This document shows positions 33,595 through 39,583 of a stretch of DNA of 39,583 bases, piece by piece. The notes below the pieces were generated by a model. It worked only from the letters and a program-made list of their open reading frames with translations. It was not told where the DNA came from and did no database searches. The translations under genes were made by a program, and so were the position numbers. How positions within the stretch are numbered: position 1 is the stretch's first letter; each line of letters starts with the position of its first letter. The DNA is from a virus: the IMG/VR virus record IMGVR_UViG_3300005535_000012, positions 1 through 39,583 of that record, one strand, 5' to 3'.

Positions 33595-34353
33595 ATGAAG
33601 GTTGAGATCAAACATTGGATTACCGGCGCAGTTCTGTTTGCTCATAGCGCAGATGTGAACGGAATCGGGATCGCTCTGAGGGCTGCTATTGAATCCGGCG
33701 CGGACCTGCGCGACGCGGACCTGCGCGGCGCGAACCTGTACGACGCGAACCTGCGCTGCGCGAACCTGCGCGGCGCGAACCTGTACGACGCGGACCTGCG
33801 CGACGCGAACCTGCGCGGCGCGAACCTGCGCGGCGCGAACCTGCGCGGCGCGAACCTGCGCTGCGCGGACCTGCGCGACGCGGACCTGCGCGACGCGAAC
33901 CTGTACGACGCGAACCTGCGCGGCGCGAACCTGTACGACGCGAACCTGCGCGGCGCGAACCTGCGCGGCGCGAACCTGTACGACGCGAACCTGCGCGGCG
34001 CGAACCTGTACGACGCGAACCTGCGCGACGTTAAAAACCTTGTCTTCCAAATAATTCCTGAGGAAGGCGCATTCATCGGCTGGAAGAAACTCAAAGGCGG
34101 CGTAATCGCGAAACTGGAAATCCCGGCTGACGCGAAACGTAACTCCACACCTATAGGCCGGAAAAATCGCGCGGAATTCGTCCGAGTGCTGGAATTGTTC
34201 GGCGCGGATGAAACAGTAAGTCAGCATGACGGCGAGACGGTCTATCGAGTTGGTGAGATCGTACGTCCGGATTTGTACAACGACGACATTCGCCTCGAAT
34301 GTACGAATGGGATCCATTTCTTTATCACGCGCGCCGAAGCCGAGGCGTACTGA
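33595..34353 (+). CDS. Pentapeptide-repeat protein with distinct N- and C-terminal domains
   Basis: 22 consecutive A(N/D)L(R/Y)(G/D/C) pentapeptides, then a 107-aa C-terminal domain (IPEEGAFIGWKKL...). Confidence 0.9.
   Translation: MKVEIKHWITGAVLFAHSADVNGIGIALRAAIESGADLRDADLRGANLYDANLRCANLRGANLYDADLRDANLRGANLRGANLRGANLRCADLRDADLRDANLYDANLRGANLYDANLRGANLRGANLYDANLRGANLYDANLRDVKNLVFQIIPEEGAFIGWKKLKGGVIAKLEIPADAKRNSTPIGRKNRAEFVRVLELFGADETVSQHDGETVYRVGEIVRPDLYNDDIRLECTNGIHFFITRAEAEAY
33700..34029. repeat. 22 tandem 15-nt units (coding for the pentapeptides)
   Basis: GCG-(A/G)AC-CTG-(CGC/TAC)-(GGC/GAC/TGC) repeated without interruption. Confidence 0.95.
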
Positions 34354-34372
34354 CACCACCCAGAGGGACCAC

Positions 34373-34675
34373 ATGAACGAGATCAAGCAGACATCGCTTA
34401 AACCAGTCGCTGTCATCGGCTCGGGCTGGCAACTTTTCTATGTCGGCACAGGGTCAATCGCGTCAATCGTGTATCAACACAGCCTGAAGATCGGCGATGT
34501 ACTGTACGCAGGCGCATTGCCCGCTGCGTCTGCCGACATGGCCGAGATACTCGAAATCATCTCGGCCGATGCAGATGCGGGCGAGATCCTGCTGACCTCC
34601 GGCATCCGCATGGTCCTCGACGCCGCGCTGATCAAGGCAGGGCGTAAGGAAGCGCCGGTTAGGACGGGAGAGTGA
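34373..34675 (+). CDS. Hypothetical protein (100 aa)
   Basis: Internal ATG of ORF 34226-34675 with GAGGGA SD. Confidence 0.55.
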   Translation: MNEIKQTSLKPVAVIGSGWQLFYVGTGSIASIVYQHSLKIGDVLYAGALPAASADMAEILEIISADADAGEILLTSGIRMVLDAALIKAGRKEAPVRTGE

Positions 34676-34676
34676 G

Positions 34677-34958
34677 ATGAGCGAAGCGGAAAACTGGGCA
34701 CCGAAGCATATCTGGCTGCAACGCGAACAGGGCGAAATGGGCTCGCACACGTGGTGCGAAGACTCGGTCGGCACTGACATGATCGAGGAAGTCGGGTACG
34801 TACGGGCTGACGTGGCGCAAGAACTGCTAGAGGCGCTCCAATCTTTGGAAAGGCGTTTCCAAGTGGGAATTGAACTGGGCCTGTCTGCCGCAGAAGCATA
34901 CGACTCCTTTTATCAGGAGATCATATCGGAAGCTATCGTCAAGGCAACGGAGGCATGA
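34677..34958 (+). CDS. Hypothetical protein
   Basis: Tracked ORF. Confidence 0.6.
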   Translation: MSEAENWAPKHIWLQREQGEMGSHTWCEDSVGTDMIEEVGYVRADVAQELLEALQSLERRFQVGIELGLSAAEAYDSFYQEIISEAIVKATEA

Positions 34959-35113
34959 TGCGCGCCCCACTCCAAAGCATCCGCAAGGTAGACGACAACG
35001 AATTACTGCGCGCCTGTGGTCGCGCTTACGCAGGTCTTGTCGCGATCTGCTGCGTGTTGATCGTGGTGTCTCTCACGGTTCAGTTTGGTGACGTTATTGC
35101 GAGGTCGGTATGA
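34955..35113 (+). CDS. Small membrane protein (52 aa)
   Basis: ATGA overlaps at both ends; TM segment GLVAICCVLIVVSLTV. Confidence 0.45.
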   Translation: MMRAPLQSIRKVDDNELLRACGRAYAGLVAICCVLIVVSLTVQFGDVIARSV

Positions 35114-35403
35114 GCGAAGCGAAATTTACGCCGGGTCCGTGGAAATGGGACGACACGGTTTGGAATTACGATCCAGAACAACAATCACCGTGGTTAGTGG
35201 ACGAAAACGATGATTGGGTTCTGCGTGGCGGAATAAAGTGCAACGAAGCTAACGCTCGCCTGATCGCTGCCGCGCCGGAACTTCTCGAAGCATGCAAGGC
35301 ATTCGCTGACTATATCAGCGGCCCGACCTCATGGACGCAAGACCAAGAGGATGCATTGGTTACGAGCGTCCATTCCGCCATAGCCAAGGCAACGGGAGCC
35401 TGA
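35110..35403 (+). CDS. Hypothetical protein (TPGPW ... LIAAAPELLEA motif common in phage early proteins)
   Basis: Tracked ORF. Confidence 0.6.
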   Translation: MSEAKFTPGPWKWDDTVWNYDPEQQSPWLVDENDDWVLRGGIKCNEANARLIAAAPELLEACKAFADYISGPTSWTQDQEDALVTSVHSAIAKATGA

Positions 35404-35404
35404 C

Positions 35405-35533
35405 ATGAAACGCATCCTCACCCACGACCTCACAAAGGTCTTCGCCGGCTGGATTGTGCTGTTCGTGTTCTGGCTGGTTCTGCCCGCTGACCCTCCGTAT
35501 GTAGACCAGGCGGTGCATCGGAGTCCGACATGA
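35405..35533 (+). CDS. Small membrane protein (42 aa)
   Basis: Hand-read ORF; TM segment FAGWIVLFVFWLVL; ATGA coupling downstream. Confidence 0.4.
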   Translation: MKRILTHDLTKVFAGWIVLFVFWLVLPADPPYVDQAVHRSPT

Positions 35534-35611
35534 AAGACGACGGGCCCGATTACTGGATGGCACAACAGGCGCAAGAAGAACTGGAATGGCATGAAGAGCG
35601 GAGAAAGAATC

Positions 35612-36286
35612 ATGAGCGAGAAGAAAACCGGATTGCAAAGGCTGCGGGAGCCCTTCCCGGAACATCAGATCAGCCTCCTTCCCAAGCCCTACAAGCGGGA
35701 TTCCCCGAAGGGGAATTGTGATGTGTGTGGTGGCTGGCATGGTCTTCCTGCCCTCCATTTGAGCTATGTCGGCCATGCAGCACTTACCGACCGGTTGCTT
35801 GAATGCGATGAGAACTGGACTTGGGAGCCGCTGGCACTTGGCCCCGATGGATTGCCATTGCTGGATCGTGACGGCGGCATGTGGATTCGCCTGACGGTCT
35901 GCGGAGTGACTCGTCTGGGGTATGGCGATGCGCAAGGAAAGACTGGGCCCGACGCCACGAAAGAACGGATCGGCGATGCACTGCGCAACGCAGCTATGCG
36001 CTTCGGTGCCGCGCTTGATCTGTGGCACAAGGGTGATCTTCACGGTCCTGAAGAAGGCGACGGCGAGGAAAATACTAAGGCAGAAACACCTCACCAAGGA
36101 TTGGCAGCTTCTTCCTTGAAAACCCATGTCGAGGCCATCAAGAAAGCTCCCGATATGAATTCCCTCAAGTCTCTTCACGCAAGCGCATACAAAGCGGCGC
36201 ATGCGGTTCGCGACACGGTCGCAGAAGAGATCATAAATGAAGCGAAAGACGCCCGAAAACTTGAACTGGAAGAGGTTACATCATGA
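35612..36286 (+). CDS. Single-strand annealing protein, Rad52/Sak-like
   Basis: GGAGAAAG SD before ATG 35612. HLSYVGHAALTDRLLECDENWTWE and GDALRNAAMRFGAALDLW resemble Rad52/22-family phage recombinases. Confidence 0.55.
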   Translation: MSEKKTGLQRLREPFPEHQISLLPKPYKRDSPKGNCDVCGGWHGLPALHLSYVGHAALTDRLLECDENWTWEPLALGPDGLPLLDRDGGMWIRLTVCGVTRLGYGDAQGKTGPDATKERIGDALRNAAMRFGAALDLWHKGDLHGPEEGDGEENTKAETPHQGLAASSLKTHVEAIKKAPDMNSLKSLHASAYKAAHAVRDTVAEEIINEAKDARKLELEEVTS

Positions 36287-36786
36287 ACGCTATCACTCTC
36301 TACGCTCTGGCTGGCGAATACAAGGACGCCGCCGACAAGCTGGCAGAAATGGAGTTGGACGATCAGACAATTTCCGATACGTTGGAATCGCTTTCCGGCG
36401 ATCTCGAAGCCAAAGCAACGAACACGATCATGCTGGTTCGCAACCTCGAAGCGACTGCCGAGCAGATCAAAGCGGCCGAGAAAGCCATGGCCGAACGCCG
36501 CAAGGCATACGAGGCGCGAGCCACCCGAATCAAGCAGTACGTCATGGACAGCATGATCTTCGCCGGCATTACCAAGATCGAATGCCCGCTGTTCAAGATC
36601 GCGATACGCGACAACCCGCCGTCAGTCGTGATCGATGACGAGAAGCAGATTCCGCAATCTTATCTGACCGATCCGCTTCCGCCGCCTCCTGCTCCCGACA
36701 AGAAGCTGATCGCGCAGGCTATCAAGGACGGCTGTGAAGTGCCGGGAGCGCACTTGGAGCGTGGCCAGCGCTTGGAGGTTAAGTGA
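36283..36786 (+). CDS. Siphovirus Gp157-family protein
   Basis: YALAGEYKDAADKL...ISDTLESLSGDLEAKA...CPLFKIAIRDNPPSVVIDDEKQIP fits the Gp157 pattern. Confidence 0.7.
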   Translation: MNAITLYALAGEYKDAADKLAEMELDDQTISDTLESLSGDLEAKATNTIMLVRNLEATAEQIKAAEKAMAERRKAYEARATRIKQYVMDSMIFAGITKIECPLFKIAIRDNPPSVVIDDEKQIPQSYLTDPLPPPPAPDKKLIAQAIKDGCEVPGAHLERGQRLEVK

Positions 36787-37127
36787 GCGACGAAGCAGAA
36801 ATCAACATCTTCAAGGCGCTCGATTTCATTCGGGACAATGCATCGGAATACGCCAAAGCCAAGGCGACGCGCGTTTATCTCGAAGAGTTCCGAAAGAGCA
36901 AGAAGGCTTTGCTGATGAAAGATGCCGAGCGTGCTGGTCACAACGCAGTCAGCGCTCAGGAGCGCGAGGCATATGCAGACGAGGGTTATCAGGATCATCT
37001 GAAATCCCTGCAAGCCGCCGTCGAATCAGAGGAAAAGCTGCGCTGGCTGATGGTCGCCGCGCAGGCAAAGATTGCCGTCTTCCAAACGTTAGAAGCAACT
37101 CGGCGACTTGAGGCAAAGGTCTTATGA
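36783..37127 (+). CDS. Hypothetical helical protein
   Basis: Tracked ORF, GTG start, coupled on both sides. Confidence 0.6.
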   Translation: MSDEAEINIFKALDFIRDNASEYAKAKATRVYLEEFRKSKKALLMKDAERAGHNAVSAQEREAYADEGYQDHLKSLQAAVESEEKLRWLMVAAQAKIAVFQTLEATRRLEAKVL

Positions 37128-37600
37128 AAACTCATGGGATGCGGAAAACGCAGGAATACAAGGCTTGGTCTGAGGCAAAGCAGCGATGCCATAACCCGAA
37201 AAACGCCAAATACAAGTGGTATGGCGCCAGGGGAATTTCGGTATGTGACGAATGGAAAAATGATTTCGAGGCATTTTTCTCTCATATAGGACCAAAGCCA
37301 AGCGAAAAGCACGAGCTTGACCGTATCGATAACGACAAGGGATATGAGCCCGGTAACGTCCACTGGGTGACAAAGCAAGACAACGTGAGGAATCGCAGAA
37401 ATACAGTTAAGGTTGTTGTTGGCGGGAAAGAAATGACCCTTGACGATTACGCTAAGGCTGCTGGAATTCCATATGCGACAGCGTGGGCGAGGCTAAAGAA
37501 GCACCCCCATCTGATTAATGGAGAGCCAAAGCGCAGTGGCGGAAGAAAGAGCAGTCGCACCTTGGAGTCCACCAGGCGCGTCGAGGCAAAGACGATTTGA
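37124..37600 (+). CDS. HNH-type endonuclease / DNA-binding protein
   Basis: LDRIDNDKGYEPGNVHWVTKQDNVRNRR (HNH_3-like) preceded by WSEAKQRCHNPKNAKYKWYGARGISVCDEW. Confidence 0.7.
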   Translation: MKTHGMRKTQEYKAWSEAKQRCHNPKNAKYKWYGARGISVCDEWKNDFEAFFSHIGPKPSEKHELDRIDNDKGYEPGNVHWVTKQDNVRNRRNTVKVVVGGKEMTLDDYAKAAGIPYATAWARLKKHPHLINGEPKRSGGRKSSRTLESTRRVEAKTI

Positions 37601-37622
37601 CTTCATGGCAGCCCCCTTGGAA

Positions 37623-37649
37623 GGGCCGCAGTACCGGGCCCGACTTTTT
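37623..37649 (+). terminator. Possible weak terminator
   Basis: GGGCC-9 nt-GGCCC stem, then GAC TTTTT. Confidence 0.25.
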
Positions 37650-37677
37650 GAGGCTGTACTACTGATTGAGGATGACG

Positions 37678-38309
37678 ATGAGCGTACCGACAGCCGTTTT
37701 CCTGTTCGACAAGACGGGCAACATGGCGAAGCCTTGGGCCGAAGCCGGCTACCGATGCATCTGCTACGACATCCAGCATGTCGGGCGCACCGTGCGCGAT
37801 GGGATCGTATTCCAGCAATGGGACGCACTGATCGGGCCGCCTGCGCTGCCGCCGGATTCTCTGGTTGTGTTCGGTTTCGCCTTTCCGCCTTGCACGCACC
37901 TAGCCGTCAGTGGCGCCCGCTGGTTCCAGGGTAAGGGTCTGCGCGCGCTGTCGCAGTCGATCGAGATGTTCGCCGCGGCGGCCGAATTCCTCGAGTCGCT
38001 CGGCGCGCCATACGGTATCGAGAACCCGGTGAGCGTGATTTCGTCGCACTGGCGCAAGCCAGACCACACGTTCCACCCGCACGACTATACCGCCTTCGAG
38101 CTGGCCGATCACTACACGAAGAAGACGTGCCTGTGGGTCGGCGGCGGATTCGAAATGCCCGCTCCGAATCGCGCGGAAGGTCTTGGCGCACCCGACAACC
38201 GGATCCACGCTGCCCCCCTTCCGACGACCGCGGCGACATCCGCTCGGCTACGCCGATGGGGTTCGCACGCGCCGTGTTCGAAGCAAACGCGAAGCAACTG
38301 ACCACCTGA
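37678..38309 (+). pseudogene. Small phage-type SAM-dependent DNA methyltransferase (C5-MTase-like fold), frame broken at a C6 tract
   Basis: FPPCTHLAVSG (motif IV-like), YGIENPVS (motif VI-like), KKTCLWVGG. The conserved C-terminus PPSDDRGDIRSATPMGFARAVFEAN lies in the -1 frame after CCCCCC at 38213-38218. Confidence 0.55.
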
Positions 38310-38318
38310 GGACCACAC

Positions 38319-38381
38319 ATGACCACCACCGACAATAGCCGCGCTGATGCGCTGACGGACCTGGAGGCGAACCGTGACTGA
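38319..38381 (+). CDS. Tiny ORF (20 aa)
   Basis: AGGA SD; overlaps the next start by 8 nt; weak support. Confidence 0.2.
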   Translation: MTTTDNSRADALTDLEANRD

Positions 38382-39141
38382 GCGAATCGTCTGTTGGTTT
38401 TCGGCCGGGGCTGCGTCCGCTGTCGCGACGAAATTGGCGATCGCCGAGAACGTGAGGGGCAAAAACCTGCCGTTGATCGTCGCCCAGTGTGGCATCGATG
38501 AAGAGCACCCGGACAACGTCCGTTTCGCCGCCGATTGTGAGCGCTGGTTTGGCGTTCCTATAACGCGGCTGACCAGCGAAAAGTTCGGGTCGTCAATCTA
38601 TGCCGTTTTCGAGAGAGAGAAATACATCGCCGGCGTGCGTGGTGCAGCTTGCACGCGTGCCTTGAAGAAGCACGTCCGAGAGGCATTCCAGCGCCATGGG
38701 GACATGCACGTGTTCGGATACTCAGCCGAGGAACAAGGCCGAGTCGACCAGTTCATCGACGGAAACAATGACGTTCTGATTTGGCCGATTCTGGTCGAAA
38801 AAGGCATAACGCACGCAGACTGTCTTGCGCTCATCGACCGAGCCGGAATCGAGATTCCGACGATGTACAAGCTCGGCTATACGCACAACAACTGCATCGG
38901 TTGCGTCAAAGGGGGCGCCGGCTACTGGAACAAAGTTCGCGTCGACTTCCCGCCTCAATTTGACCGCATGGCCAAGCTTAGTCGACGCATGGGCGTGAAG
39001 CTTGTGAAGGTCGGGGAGGAACGAGTGTTCCTCGACGAATTGCTGCCAGACGTCGGGGACTATCAAAACGAGCTGTCTATCCAGTGCGGAATCTTCTGCG
39101 AACTGGCTGAGAAAGACCTTGAAGGAGCGAATCATGGATAA
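38374..39141 (+). CDS. PAPS-reductase-like (adenine nucleotide alpha-hydrolase superfamily) protein
   Basis: GTG start with GGAGG SD. N-terminal P-loop-like VCWFSAGAASAV, then the conserved spacing ...GYSAEE...CIGCVKGG typical of phage PAPS-reductase homologues. Confidence 0.6.
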   Translation: MTERIVCWFSAGAASAVATKLAIAENVRGKNLPLIVAQCGIDEEHPDNVRFAADCERWFGVPITRLTSEKFGSSIYAVFEREKYIAGVRGAACTRALKKHVREAFQRHGDMHVFGYSAEEQGRVDQFIDGNNDVLIWPILVEKGITHADCLALIDRAGIEIPTMYKLGYTHNNCIGCVKGGAGYWNKVRVDFPPQFDRMAKLSRRMGVKLVKVGEERVFLDELLPDVGDYQNELSIQCGIFCELAEKDLEGANHG

Positions 39142-39583
39142 CGCCGCATCCCCTGTCGAGCAGCACGAAGCAGCGCCGGCCGAGGGTTGTACGCCCGAAG
39201 ATGCACGGATGCTGCGGGCAGCGAATCACTCGCTTGCAGTGGAGAATGAAGCGCTTCGCCGAGCGTTGCGCCCGTTCGCTCGAATCGTATCCACCGACCG
39301 CCTTTCTTGGGCAATCGTCGAGTATTGCATTGATGGCGACCCAGAGAAGCAGACGTTTCAACGGCCGCAGATGCAGCGCGCATTCAATCGAGTGGCTGAT
39401 CTCCTTCGCGAGAACGTACCGAACGGCATTCCGTCCGACATCAATCCAGACGATCTGCCGGATTGGGTCAAGAACGGGAAACCTCCCGCACAGCCCGAAT
39501 CGCCGACGCAACCCGCACCGTCCGCCCCGCTCGAAGGCACGGGCAATGGGGCGGATGAGCGGGCGATGCGCGTAACTGATGGC
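39134..39583 (+). CDS. 5' part of wrap-around ORF (hypothetical protein, about 567 aa after removing the duplicated 60 nt)
   Basis: AAGGAG 6 nt upstream of ATG 39134; ATG overlaps the stop of the preceding gene; 150 open codons to the window end, continuing in frame at nt 61. Confidence 0.75.
   Translation, partial: MDNAASPVEQHEAAPAEGCTPEDARMLRAANHSLAVENEALRRALRPFARIVSTDRLSWAIVEYCIDGDPEKQTFQRPQMQRAFNRVADLLRENVPNGIPSDINPDDLPDWVKNGKPPAQPESPTQPAPSAPLEGTGNGADERAMRVTDG
39524..39583. repeat. 60-nt terminal direct repeat, copy 2
   Basis: Exact copy of nt 1-60. Confidence 0.95.

Noticed and set aside
33700-34029. Possible CRISPR array or other non-coding tandem repeat
   Set aside because: The units are contiguous 15-mers with no spacers and sit in frame inside a well-supported CDS.
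33580-34416. Long ORFs in other frames or on the other strand across the pentapeptide repeats (33580-34416 -, 33642-34148 -, 33689-34054 +)
   Set aside because: They are by-products of the 15-nt periodicity, which leaves every frame stop-free. Their products are monotonous (VQVRAAQVR..., RRFAPRRFAS..., TCAARTC...). Only the + frame starting at 33595 has an SD and non-repeat flanking domains.
35360-36202. 280-aa minus-strand ORF
   Set aside because: It is antisense to the Rad52/Sak-like gene in a uniformly plus-strand operon, and no motifs were recognised.

Overview
The window is a complete, circularly closed tailed-phage genome. The first 60 nt recur exactly as the last 60 nt, giving 39,523 bp of unique sequence, and one ORF reads in frame through the junction. 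Two divergent transcription units leave an HTH/operator switch at about 31.1-31.7 kb and converge on a bidirectional terminator at about 3.04-3.09 kb. The minus-strand unit (31.3 kb down to 3.1 kb) runs in this order: a Cro-like regulator; tiny membrane peptides; a replication organizer with internal iterons; NinG; an N4 gp49/Sf6 gp66-like protein; regulators; terminase; a P22-type portal, scaffold and coat; tail and ejection proteins; a pectate-lyase-fold tailspike; a lysis cassette; and a secreted protein. The plus-strand unit (31.4 kb, through the junction, to 2.9 kb) carries small accessory genes, a pentapeptide-repeat protein, a Rad52/Sak-like annealase, a Gp157-family protein, an HNH protein, a small phage-type DNA methyltransferase, a PAPS-reductase-like protein and further hypothetical genes. 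I found no integrase, reverse transcriptase, tRNA, rRNA or CRISPR array. The observations most worth following up are: (a) a gene-free 170-nt gap with a multi-branched RNA fold closed by a 19-bp stem, just upstream of the pentapeptide gene; (b) the pentapeptide gene itself, built from 22 almost identical 15-nt units; (c) a translationally coupled GNAT acetyltransferase plus Asp/Asn-beta-hydroxylase-like pair embedded in the virion operon; (d) three exported proteins in unexpected places; (e) a methyltransferase interrupted at a C6 tract, next to a PAPS-reductase-like gene. All family assignments come from motif recognition by eye. No database search was run.
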